Shown piece by piece: positions 49,373 through 62,725 of a stretch of 64,000 nt of DNA. Source of the DNA: Trichoplax adhaerens (Eukaryota; Animalia; Placozoa); assembly GCF_000150275.1 (NCBI RefSeq), contig NW_002060950.1, positions 2,034,106-2,098,105 of the forward strand, in the 5' to 3' direction. The translations under genes were made by a program, and so were the position numbers. Under the pieces are notes generated by a model. It saw only the letters and a program-made list of their open reading frames with translations, had not been told where the DNA came from and did no database searches. Numbering within the stretch: the first letter of the stretch is position 1; the number at the start of each line of letters is the position of its first letter.

Positions 49373-49745
49373 CGTGACTGACAGACTGCAGAAACGCTTC
49401 TGGTAGAACTTTGTGTCGAAGTCGTTGGTACAGTAGAGTCATCAACTACTGTACTGTACAGTATATAGTACAGTACGGCCATCCGTGGACTCTGTCGTAC
49501 GTCCATCCGTCCACACAGCACCGCCAGAAATCTAAGGGTGGGTTATTCAGCCTCATATGGCTTCCCTTCACCCTTTCAATTTCCTCGGATGGCGTCACAC
49601 CGTACCCGCGTCACTCTCGCCTTTCGTACTGTAGGTAGTGTTGGTGAGATTGAGACGTACGTGAGATTGACACGTTATTACTGACTGACGCGTCGACCAC
49701 ACACACTTTCTTGTTGTACGTGTTGAAGAAGTCGTGAGTAGGAAG

Positions 49746-52146
49746 ATGCCGCAACATTATGGCCAGCCTAGCTGCTTCGATAAAGTTAAATTTGGTGTCA
49801 TGATAGGTTTTGCTGTTGGAATGAGTTCTGGAGCATTATTTGGAACTTATTCTGCTTTTAGGTATGCAATCCTTTGCCTTGTTAGTTTAATTGTTGTTGC
49901 TGTTGAAGGGATCCTACACGTGTACTGCATGTCAAGATATTGGTCACGTCGATGGATGTTGTGCAAATGGACGAATTGATTGCAAGCTGGACTACTCTGG
50001 TCCACAGTTCAATCCGAGCCATAATGCACACCACTGCCGCAGTAGAATGATTGCAATATGACAGTACTACAATATCTGCGTAAATGCTAGCCATGAATGT
50101 TGCAAATCAATGGATACTGATGATCTTGATACGCTTACGCTTATGGATAATACAGTACTGTTAGTTGCAGTGGTCTGCATTCTGATCCCGACCTAGTCAG
50201 ACGAGACTCTTGACTGCATCATTTCTAATCCATCAAGTAAATGCTGACACCGCTTGATGATTAAAAGCATGCAACTGTTCTTAAGGTCAACCCAAGATAG
50301 TTCAATATTTTTATTTTATTGCATGCTGTATACTCTGCTTATTCCTGTACTGCAAGTTTTTTCAGCAGCTCGACACAGCCTCTTGTCTTGATCATGCTTT
50401 CCCGTTCCATTGCAATACTCTTTTAACACTCCAATTTAGATTATCCTTACTACAGTTGTGGTCAATCCTTATTTTACAGTCCTGTCATCATCATAATAGT
50501 CACAGGATGATGATCTACGTGTAACATATATTGTGCATCATATTACATATGCTCTCTCGATATATCGCAGCGCTTGCTATATGGATGGTAGTAACCACAT
50601 CCACATCATTTTTAACCTTTTCTACTACTATGCACTCGTATGCTGAGAGTATTGTATGTATATCTAATTATCTTGCGATAGGTATGGTAGCAACCACATA
50701 CAATACACATCATTCTCAACGCTTTCTGCTACTATATACCCATACGTTTAGAGTAATGTATGTACATCGAATTATTTTGCGATACGCCTAGGTATAGTAG
50801 CAACCGCATACACCTCATTCTTAACGTTTCTACTACTGTATGTACAGTACATACTCGTATGCTTAGAGAAATGTATGAATATCGAATTATTTTACAGTAG
50901 GTATAGTAGCAACCATATATAAATCATTCTTAATGTTTTCCACTACGATATGTACTCGTATTGCTTCGAGTAATGTGCGTATATCTCATTATTTTGCCAT
51001 AGTTGGAGTAGCAACTACATACACATCATTCTTAACGTTTTCTACTACTATATGTACATACTTGTATACTTAGAGTAATGTATGGATATCTAATTGTTTT
51101 GTAATAGGTATAGTAGCAATCACATACACATCATTCTTAATGTTTTCTACTACGATATGTACTTGTATACTTCGAGTAATGTACGTATATCTCATGATTT
51201 TGCCATAGCTTTAGTAGCAACGTCATACACATCATTCTTAACGTTTTCTACTACTATATGTACATACTCGTATACTTAGAATAATGTATTGATACCTAAT
51301 TATTTTACGATAGGTATAGTAGCAACCATATACACATCATTCTTAATGTTTTCTACTACGATATGTACTCGTATACTTCGAGTAATGTAGGTAAATCTCA
51401 TTATTTTGCTATAGGTATAGTAGTAACTACCTTCACATCATTCTTAACGTTTTCTACTACTATACGCGTATGTACACATATGCTTCGAGTAATGGACGTA
51501 TATCTAATTATTTTACGATAGGTATAGTAGCAACCACATACACATCATTTTTAACGCTTTCTACTACTATGTACTCGTATGCTTCGAGTAGTGTACGTAT
51601 ATCTAATTATTTTGCGTTATGCATGGTAGCGACCACATACACATCATTCTTAATGTTTTCTACTACTATATGTACTCGTTTGCTTAGAGTAATGTGCGTA
51701 TATCTGATTAATTATTTATTATTGAATCTATAGTATGTTATCTACTGGATGTTAGCTTCTAGTCACCTTCATTATCGCATAGGCAGCAAATACTTGACTA
51801 CAGTTTAAAAATTGTAGCAATCTAACCCGAAATGTTTACTAACTACCGTTACGCAACTGTCAGCATCTATTCGTTTACAAAATTACTCGTCCTAACTTAA
51901 TTGATAACTGTACGCGTATGTCTATTTCATCAGCCGATCAAGATTGATACTGGGATTTAGCTCCAATTCTCTTTTGTAGGATACGTTAATACTAAAGAAA
52001 TAAATTATTCGTTAATGGATATATATTCTACTTTTAGAATGGGACTTCGAGGAAGAGAGCTATTGTCGACCGTCGGAAAGATCATGCTACAAGGTGGTGG
52101 CACTTTTGGTGTCTTTATGGGAATTGGGTCTGCAATACGCTGCTAA
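49746..52146 (+). CDS. ROMO1: Reactive oxygen species modulator 1 (Mgr2 homolog), 2 exons
   Basis: Exon 1 (49746-49861) [39 protein letters not shown]; exon 2 (52038-52146) [35 protein letters not shown]. Phase-2 GT-AG intron. Confidence 0.97.
50560..51710. repeat. Intronic tandem repeat, ~11 copies of a ~99-109 bp unit
   Basis: Unit ...ATAGGTATAGTAGCAACCACATACACATCATTCTTAACGTTTTCTACTACTATATGTACTCGTATGCTT(A/C)GAGTAATGTA.... The CATCATT landmark occurs at about 50604, 50708, 50813, 50922, 51024, 51129, 51230, 51335, 51436, 51543 and 51642. Confidence 0.95.
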
Positions 52147-55100
52147 ACCCTTGCAATTGATGTTATATTTAATGCCTAATTTTCAAAATGTTTATAATAT
52201 AGTATAAATAATAATATCTTTATTGACATCACGATTGCTTCCAACGCTACAAGCGTTAGCTAACGCCATTTCTTCGTGATATCGTTAAAGGTAAATCAGT
52301 ACGTCTACGTAGACAGCAGTAATTTTGTATTGTGGTTTCTCCTAAGCAGTAGTAGTTATTTTTTCTGCTAATTTGTAATTGGAAATTCCGATACTTCATG
52401 TCTGATATTATGCGAAATACCCATCTGCTCCGTTGAAATGTCTATTACTTGAAGAAACCGAAATTTGTATTGGAATTATATCAATCTAATAAATGTATTA
52501 GTAAACCATTTAGTCAATCAGCTTGGCAACGTTTCCGTCTCGCTTTGCCATTGTATGCTATTTGAAGATTCTAGTATAGTTGAACAACCGAAAGTAAGGT
52601 AAAACTTTTTATCTGTGACAGCGTTCAATAAACTAAATCCTGCAAGTAATAGTCCTTATCTGCTGTACACAGTCATGCAGTAATGATGATAATAATGAAA
52701 AATGCAAGAATCTTCCGTATTGCATCAATGTAACCGTATTCGTGACTTGCTCAAATTTTATCAATCAATAGTATTCAAATACACAATGCGAGGGTGCATT
52801 GTATTCTTTAATAGGCTAGAATAGTGTAGTCGACCACATTTGGCTTAACGAGGCTAAGACTGGGTAGACTACATAGTAGAGCATTTCAACGATCAGCAGG
52901 AAATACTATAATAATAATATATATATGAGTATTTTGCATGCTACTTTTCTAGTTCAAGCACTTTTAATTGGACATCACGCCTACACTAAATTTTAAAAGT
53001 ATGTTAGCCTGCAGATAACTAAAGTTGCTATCTTACCGGCGAAAGTACGATATAAAAATTATCATGTGCATGTACACTTCTTGGTTTATAACTTTTAATT
53101 GTATTGCTATTAAATGCATAGAACCTCTATAGTAACAATAATATTTTAATTCATTAAATATAGATAAAAATTAGAATAACCAAACATAATAATCCGTTCC
53201 CAAGGGTTAATCAAAACGTACAAGGGACTAAACATACAAAAAGATACTATTTATAATCTTCATATCGTTAATGATAAAAGGTAAGAACGGATATAATAGT
53301 ATTTTTCTCCTTTAAAAATTAAAAAACTCTAGTATTCAACGCTATGGTAAAACCGTATAGATATTACCTAGCCAGAAATAGCCCAAACCGCCTATATTCA
53401 TTACTTGGCATTGTGAGATTACACTTTCATATGATATAATAATATAATCGAGCAATTGTTAAAACTATGAGTCATCATGCACTTATATGGCTGAAAAGTA
53501 TTGCCTTTAGGTTACATGCAGAAATCAATACAGTATTATTACTGCTTTCAAGAAAAGAGCATTATAAAGAAGGAACGACAAGAATTACTCTTCGGACCGT
53601 TATTAATGATTCAATTGCTTCAGAAAAGTTATTATGTCTACAGAAGGTGATATCTTTTGAAAGCAGACAATAGCTACTTATTGATTGTCGTTCATATTAA
53701 CAGTAAATTTAGAATCTGTGACTATGGTAAGACTGTTCATTTCCTATAGTTGAGTCAAGCAGTGTATGAAGCGATGACCAACAAAAATGTACATTAATTT
53801 TCGTTGTTAGGTATCCGCCAAGTACATCGTATGATATCTTATCTTTAGTTGATTCAAGTGAATTAATTAATTAATAGTTGGAAATGTTTAAACCTAATTC
53901 CTACAGTCTACATGTAATTTTTACGATACAGCAACATCCTTACTATAAGTAACTACTAAACTTAAATAACGTGGTTAATTTTTTGTTAGCGTGAGAATGG
54001 TCAGTTTACGTTTAACAATAATTATAATCAAAGTATATATGGTAAACTACAATAATTAATTTCTTTTAGAATAAGAGTCATATTAGACTATGACAATAGA
54101 TGAATCATCGTATTAGGAGTTAACACTAAAGAAGAAACCACATGGACGATTATGTGTTCTTACTGTAAACTAGAACTTGCTTAAATAGCAAAAAAACTGT
54201 CGCATAGTACTCTTCTTTCAATACATTGTACACTTAGCGAATTACCGTATAATTTTATGCTTTTATTATAAGACCTGGTTAGAGTGGAGCGATACTTGCT
54301 CATAGAATGGTTATTTTCTTAATATTTTGTAAAAATATATTATTAGACCTATAATTGATTTTATTTTATTAATCTAATATTGCAATTATTATTCTATCAA
54401 TGAAGTTAAAATGATGGAACAAACGCTTTATATGCCCAATAACTAGTAACAATAATAGTGCTTTGTTCCGTTTAAACTTTGAAGTCTATGTTGAGGAGGC
54501 TAACATATGTAGTATATGTGATGCATGAATGCTACTAATGCTAAAATGTCGTGCTAAAATGGCGTAGTAAAATGAATGTAAGGCCAAGATTTTATTAAAT
54601 CTTATTTATCTTAACGTTATTATATGCGATTATCCATCGATCAATCAATTACTCATTGATTTACAGTCATAATTTATATAAATTTTTTGAATAAATTATC
54701 ATCAATGAAAGTCTAATTAATTATACATACTATAATTCCAATTTGAGAAATTTACTTAGGTAAGTTACATGCGATGCAATATTTTACTTGCATTTGCTAA
54801 CATCACGTTTAATGAATGATTATTTTGTTGAACATGAACAGAACTGGCACCACTGTCCGCGGTTTGTCAATCCTGAATTTAAGTTTTATTCTATCTGCAT
54901 ATTTAACAAAGACAAAATTAACTAATTATAAATTAATTAAAGAAAAATGGTCTTTCAGCAACTTTAAATTAGATCAAAGTGGATACTATAGTTGAGTAAG
55001 GTACCTTTATTAAATGTTAAAAATCGCTAATTTCATAATTCTAAAATATGATTTACAAGCTACTTAACGTGCAGCCAAAGAATTTGGCCAATTTTAGATT

Positions 55101-58100
55101 GCCTATGCAGCGTTCCCTGAAATGTGGTAATAAGTTTTTAATACAGTTTTTATACCGTAAACTGTGGCAGGAACGATAACCTGTTGATTCGGCTATTTTT
55201 AGCTGCATGTCTTGGCCATGTTAATTTTCTTAGCAACAAAACAATAGCCATTTAAATCATAGTCTATTAGAACTAACTGCTAGTCATAATGAAAAGTACT
55301 TTACAATTATCAATATGCATAAATTGCAGTTTCATGAGTCCAATTTTATTCAAACCTGATCCATGAAGCTATATAAGTCATTATTCTGATTGCTGCCTTA
55401 GCAACAAGATCAAAATAAGTAAAGCATTGAAAGTCTGGAAAAAGAGGCAAAACTTACGTAATCATTACTAAAATACAAATGGCCCTACTATTCTTACTCC
55501 TGAAAATAAGGTAAGCGATAATTTTACTCAAATAATCATAGTTTAAGTCTCTAAATTGAATGAGTCAATAATTATCGTAACTGATTATTAGATAAAAATA
55601 GCTAGACAAAATCAAATGAACTCTCATTTACAATAACGATATTCTTATCATCATGTAAAGCAGGTGGAAAATACGAGAATGGTGTTGCCAACACTTCTAT
55701 CGATTAAATTAACCATATATGAATTATACCGTACAGTAGAAATGATTATCTGTTTCGTGCAGTTATTCCACCAATCTTTAGAATCAAAAATTTTAGTAAC
55801 AGAGTATACTTATTCCCTTACATCCCTAAAATAGATAGCCTATGTAAAATTAGCATTTGTTATAGAACACCAGATTATTAATTAACATTATATATTCTTA
55901 GATCGCAAAATTTTCTTGAAATGATAGCTCGACAGAAATCATTCAAGAATGAATAAAATTCAATTTTTTGCAGCTATCAATGTTTTAATTAGACAAAAAT
56001 TATCGACTACTATTCTACATGAAAGTTGAGCAATAAAATGATAACAATGACTCGTGAGAGGAAGATAAAACAATGATAGAATGATTATCATGACAGAATG
56101 CTATTGTTCGACAATTTGTTCTGCTCAATGAGCATTAATAATACCCTACGATATTTTGTCTACGGTATATGACTTATCTCATCTTTATGAATGAATCATC
56201 ATTCTCGTGTGGTGTTTTTCAATATGTACGAGATTATCAAAAAATTTTATATCAAACTGATAAAGCAAATAATCGGACCATGATTAAAAGGAATTGGTTC
56301 ACTTTAGTTAATAAGGGAAAATCTTTCAGTTGCAGATTTCTTAAATAATTCTACCATTTGAACAAAGTCGAACATGTATTATAGGAAAAGAGAAGATTTT
56401 TAGTTAATAATTAGTAAATAGATTGATGGTAGAAGAAAGTTAATTTAAAAATATCATATAATAAATTTGAACTTTAAACATGATCAAATGCTTTAACAAG
56501 GCAATGATAATGATCAAGTGATGAGGATCCAATGCCAACGTTATGGCGCACAATTATTTTAGTATGACGATGAATTGTATTGGAAGTAACTAATTTGATG
56601 CTGCTATATTCAAAAAATTGATGTTTCATTTCTAATTACTAGGTAAGTGAACATGGATGGTTTAGTTGTATATTTAATTTAAAAAATATAACTTCAATTT
56701 CATTCTTAAATTTAACATTAATAGATACCGTAATAATAAGCAATGACAAAACAGGAATCAGATGATGCTCAAGTACGATGGAAGAGTTTTATCGTTCAAT
56801 TACACTAGTCGAAAATATAACAAATAAAGAATGATATGGTAAGAAGTGGACTAATCAATTCTAATTTAAGAGATTAATAACAAAAACCAATCATGAACAT
56901 TTATCATTAAAGTTAGTTCTTTATCATCAGGTCTAGATTTTAATTTTAATAAACTTAAATGCAATCATGATGTTAATTATCTCTTCTCTACTATATTATG
57001 ATGAAGGGAATCTATGTATGTTTGAGAGTAGCAAATTTACAACCGCCTACATTTTAAATTTATCAAGCGAAAAATAAGGATATTTTTTCTTTCTATAATA
57101 TCTCCGTAGAATTATATATAGAAGAATGTTGTCCCTAAAGTAATTTCTTTGTCTGTATTGATCTCAGTCTAATCCAAACTACGTGTACTACTTTATTATA
57201 CTTTAGGCGATAGATTGGTATACACTATATGCCACTTCTATTAGAGTACAGATCGACAGAGAAAGTACAAATGTCTTCTTCATTATGTAATTCTTAATTA
57301 ATCAAAAATAAGTAATACTAGCAATACATTAATCTGCTGACATGAACGTATACTACAGTATCGATGAAAGTGCTGATACAAGGACAGACAGCATGGATGA
57401 GAAGTTAATATAGGTACAGTAGTTATAGGTAGGTAACGTAAAAGGTACGTATGCGTAGATTTGTCGATATGAAATGTGTACTAATCAATAAATAAATTTA
57501 ATAAATTGAACAATTTCTTCATACCCTTTTTTTACCTCTACGCAAGATATTTACAGTATTGATGGAAATATATGCACAGATAGGATATAAAGGATAGAAT
57601 ATGTATCAACTAATAAAATAATTACAAAAATTAGATAATATTTTATCCATTTTTGATTAGTGTTCAATGGCAACAATTCTATATTATAAGCAACTTAGTA
57701 TGGTATTCAAAGAAATAAATTTAAGAATCAGTCTAGCGAATCTATAGCTAATTCATGATTAGACTAATGTCTTAGCAATTAATCATTATCGATGTTTGCG
57801 AAGGAGTAAAGTCCATCGCTTAAAATTGTTAGCAAGGATAATAGATTGATTTATTAACTTCAACGGTGTAATACATTTTGTCCTTGTTTGTACTTTACTA
57901 ATCAGGTTAATTTAAAGGATAATAATAGTTGTTATCTATTGAGTTTTGTTATGATGTGGAATAACGTCTTAATTTAGTGACATGATTATAATTCCTCTAT
58001 CTATGAATTTAATATGCAGCTTGATGACTAGTATTTTTTGATCATGCTGCACCATTCAATCAACTTTAATTTGTATGTATTGGTTATTACACGAGAAAAA

Positions 58101-59970
58101 TAATAATTATAATTAGAAAAATGTTATGCAATCAGTTAACGCAATGGAGTTATTGCTGACAATTATCAAAAGTAGTAAACGAATGCCATCAGGAAGAGAA
58201 AAAAATTTTCCTCTATAAATAGAAGAGAGTTGAGGAAATCATTGTATGCTTTAATGATTAATGATTATCATTATTGGATTCAATATTTTTGTCCTCCTGC
58301 GTCTATGTCTTATATTTGTAGTTAGCTTATAATGATAGACAGTAATTATTCCATCTAGCCTACTGTAGAAATGAAGTTGGGGACAATAGATTGAATCAAC
58401 TTTGTTATCAATACAAAAACAAATTTTTGCATGGATCTTATTTCATATTTTCCATTTTAGTTTTATTTCCTCATTTACGTCAGTAGCATCAAGTTATGCA
58501 TGCATAAAATGGAAAGGCATTATTTCTATTAGTTAATTATTAGACCACCTGGTGTAGGAATCAAAGGCTAATAGATTAATTCAATAAGATCAAGTAATTA
58601 GCTATTTATAATAATCGCCATCGACATCATCATCATCATCATCACTAGATATTAAGATGGATACATGATTGCAATAGTATGCATTAAGCAAATTCTATTG
58701 ATTTAGCTTAAACTGGAAAACGACTAACTACAGTACAGGAAAAAGTAAGTGGGATGCACTTCTTCCGCTCTGACAATTTGAAAAATGGCTAAAAGTTAAA
58801 AATTTGATTGCTATCATCATCTTGATTAATCAATAACGAACGAATAATAATTCCAATATGGTTGTAAATGAGTTTCATTTCTTTTTCCCGTCTTGAACAG
58901 ATCGTGATCATAGCTAGGATAACTTTAATGATGTATTTTAATATAGGAGAAAAAAAACAAAAATCTGAATGAAATCAATTGGAAAGACTGAATTCTAGCA
59001 CGTGCAAAGGCTATAATAAGCTAAAGATCATTCTTAAAATTGATAATACAGGCCCAATAAAGTGAGAATAAACCAGGAAGAATTTTAATGCTATCAATAC
59101 AAAACAAGGAGGATGTCCATGATAGTTTACTAGAAATAGAACTTGAAAATAGTATAAATTAATTTCTTTTCTTTTCATTTTGTGTCATGATGGCGTTATG
59201 CAAAGGTGATTGAAAGAAAAAATGATCAAAAACGCAAATAATTAAAGTTGAATATTTTATCTAATTCTTTGTTTGATCTTATGTTTTTGGGAGGGAGCTA
59301 TTTCATTGATTTGTAGAACAATCTAATTGCCCAATACTTTACTTAACTCGTTGACTATGCCATCTAAACTAAATTGTTCTTTTTCATCATATTGATCCAG
59401 ATTCATCATCCAATTTTCGGTGTTAATATTAGCTGATGACATGTTGTAGTAGTCATATTGTTTCCAATGCTTATCTAATTATTAATATGCAAAAATTTCT
59501 CACCGATATTTGTTTACCGATGTTCTTTGCTTAGTATCAAAACTAAAGTTATTGAATTTCCTTGATGATTTAACCATGTCATAGAGAAAGGAATAAACTG
59601 AGGAGGGCGAGAAAAATTGACACTTTCACCAAAGATAGTTGTCGATGGAAATGATTTTAGTGAATGTAGGCAATTATTAAATGAATTTTTTTCAATTGTG
59701 CAATCTACGTATAGTAAGGTAACTGTCTAGGGGTATAAGTCAATGACAATCTATGGCATTAATATGTCCAATCATTTCACCACGGAGGATATATTGTGGC
59801 CTTATTAACTTATTAACAGTTAATTCTTGCTCATTAATAGCGATTTAAATTAATGAAGAAATTAATAGATGGGGATAGCATTTTTTGATACTGAAATACA
59901 TTGATTATTTATTTTTAATCCAATATTGAATTATAATGGATAATTCTTTCTATCGATTGATCTATGCGTG

Positions 59971-60028
59971 TCTCTCTTCTCTTTCTCTCTCTCTTTCTCT
60001 TTTTCTCTCTTTCTCCCTTTCTCTCTTT
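59971..60028. repeat. Imperfect (TC)n polypyrimidine microsatellite
   Basis: Pure C/T tract; a second (TC)n lies at ~60452-60469. Confidence 0.85.
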
Positions 60029-61545
60029 ATCGATATTACTATGATAGTCAAGAGATGATACATTAATCATGACTTTAAATTGGAAATATCAATCATTTCT
60101 TGGATGAATGATGACGACTCTATCTATTTGATCTGTAAGACAATCGATCAATCGATTAGAATCGTAGAATCAACAATAAAAGGCAATGATCAAACAAATC
60201 ATCATTGAATAGAGAAACTTTCTCAGAATACTCTTCATACTTATTGGATTGAGTCACTGAAGTAAATGGTATTACTTCCAAGTCTAAAATTAGCTGGACA
60301 AAATATACAAATAAGATCAATCTCATCGTCTTCTATTTCAATCGAATAGCAAAACTCAATGTACGTAATATCTATTTCTAAGTCATACATTGGACATGCT
60401 TCGTCATCTTGGTCAATATGATTTATGTCAAGATTCTTTATTGTTTTCTTTTCTCTCTCTCTCTCTCTCTGATTAATTTCCCTTCTCCCTTTCTACCTTA
60501 GATAAACCAAGTGCTACGTCATGGATAGGCAAACCGCATTACTTCTCTATCATTGTAAGGAATGCACAATATCAATGAAATGATCAATGAATGAAACGGC
60601 TAGCATTGCAGGAGCTAAGGTACAATTAAGCTATAGATCTTCTACCTTAGAAACCACTCTAATCAGACCTATCTTAACTTGGACACTACAAGATGGCGAC
60701 AATAATCCCTCAGTTCTATTTTTATATTGAAATCAATAAGAATGAAGTCATCATCAATCAAGATGATATTAGTGTAAAGACTGGGAGGTTTTTTTTTTTT
60801 TTGTCTACGTAATGTAGCTCTTGTCTTGCAACAATAATCTCTCGCTTATACAAAAAAAATAACATAAAAGGAGAAGAATTTGCGTAATTTTTCCTATCAT
60901 TGGATACGTTGTCTGCTTTATCATGGCATTCTTTATTTTATTTTATTTTTTAGCCTGCCATTGAAGCCAATGGATTTCACTCTGCTAGCCAACTCAATCG
61001 GTCCATTAGTCATGGAATTGGCAGCTCTTTTCCTTTTCAATCTCAACACCTCGATGCAGCTTCCCCCTGCCATTAACGAATTAAAATTTAATTTTATCCA
61101 TGATAAGATGTAATTATCCTATTGACCGATGATCGATCAATCGACTGATAACTTAAATGAATTCATCGTTTGTCAACGAGTGCTTGAAATCGATTAACAA
61201 CGTCGGAAAAAGTGGCATTTTTTTTTTTTACCTTGATAGCCCTTTCCGATGAGGATAAAAAGGGCAAGATGGAGAAAAAAATATCTTGCCTATCCATGCG
61301 TATGTGGATATGTATTGAATGATTACAGCCTTTTTAATGAATATTATCCATAGTAACAATAAGGGAAAGAAGATGATGAAGAGAGGAAACGCAATCATTG
61401 TTGAATCTCTTTTGTTCTACTATTGATTCTTTTAAGTTAAATTTTTCTCTCCTCTTTTTTATTCCAATTGCATTGTTGACACCGAGTCTCAATTGATTCT
61501 TAGCTAAATTTAGTACCTTGATCCCCACGAGTCTAGTCGTCTCCT

Positions 61546-61552
61546 TATAAAA
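61546..61552 (+). promoter_or_regulatory. Putative TATA box of the BMP-like gene
   Basis: TATAAAA followed 30-45 nt later by Inr-like CCATTTT/TCATTC and a pyrimidine-rich leader running to the ATG at 62365. Confidence 0.5.
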
Positions 61553-62364
61553 TTGCCAGACTTTAAATTAACACTGCCATTTTCATCGTTTCATTCAAGA
61601 GGTGTTGTCTACCAAATCCAAGTCGACGACTGGAACCGCAGAACATCAACGTGTCTATCCAATCGTCTTGGGCATCATTGCATATTCTCTCTTGTAGTTT
61701 TTTTTTTTCTTCCTCCTCAATCTATAGGATAGCAATTGAAACTAGTTGTAGCAAGAAAGAATTATCACTATCTCTTATCCATCGAGATTGAACTTGTTGT
61801 TGTTGTTGTTGTTTTTCACCTTATTTTCACTTACCGTATATCCATCATTCCAAGGAAAAATATTCAATTCCAACCAAGAGCAGAGACATCATTGATTGAT
61901 TAAGACATTGCTTTACATGACCTTGTCGCCACTATTCAATTCAAAAGAATATTCTTCCTTCAGGCTATTCTGCTCCTATAATTTCTTTTACCATTCAAAC
62001 ATTAACCTTACTAGACTATTCAACAAGATTGTAAATTACACCACAAATTCTTTCATCTTAAATTAAAGTCGATAACAAGACTTTGTTTGCTCCCATCACA
62101 TCGTCACCTCAATTCAAGCCATCTTTCATTTCTTCTTCAATCAACTTATTCATTGACTCTCCATCTTTTCCTTGCCTAGTATTCTCCTTTTTTTCTTAAC
62201 CCCCCTCCGATATCGCTCGACGCCTTATACATAACATTCCTATATCTATTTTGAAGAAAAAATCGTCTCTTCCATTTTCACTTCATCGACTTATTCGATT
62301 CAAACAACTCCAAGTTGTCTATTCAAGTCACAGTAACAAGAGCAAAAAAAAAAGCAAAGATAAA

Positions 62365-62725
62365 ATGACATCCAACCGATTTCATCCATCCTTGACATTT
62401 TTACTCATAGTAAGTATGGTTTTGCCTATCATACCATATTGTACAGCTAAGCCAACGCATCAAGAATCAAAGCAAGGACAAGAAACTTCCCAATTTGATG
62501 CTAAAGAACTAGTTTCACGTCAACTTTTAACATTAATGGGCCTAAAAGATATCCCCCAATTACCCGCTCACCGTAAAATACCCCAATATATGATGGATTT
62601 ATACAAAATTAAAACACAAGCATCATTAAATACGAATAAAAGTCCAGGCCAATTTTCCAACACTGATCTAATCCATTCCAGCTCCAAATTACGTGGTAAT
62701 ACTATACGCAGCTATTTCGATCTAG
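62365..62725 (+). CDS. TGF-beta superfamily BMP-type ligand (BMP2/4- or ADMP-like), first coding exon: signal peptide and prodomain; partial
   Basis: Signal peptide MTSNRFHPSLTFLLIVSMVLPIIPYCTA and prodomain motifs RQLLTLMGLKDIP, IPQYMMDLY and GNTIRSY. It ends at a phase-1 donor AG|GTAAG, the position typical of BMP genes. The mature domain is not in the window. Confidence 0.88.

Noticed and set aside
50531-51733. ORFs with repeated [14 protein letters not shown]
   Set aside because: Translations of the intronic tandem repeat; the frame breaks between units.
31464-52146. IMMT and ROMO1 as a functional mitochondrial gene cluster
   Set aside because: They are separated by unrelated genes, and two mitochondrial genes among eight is compatible with chance.
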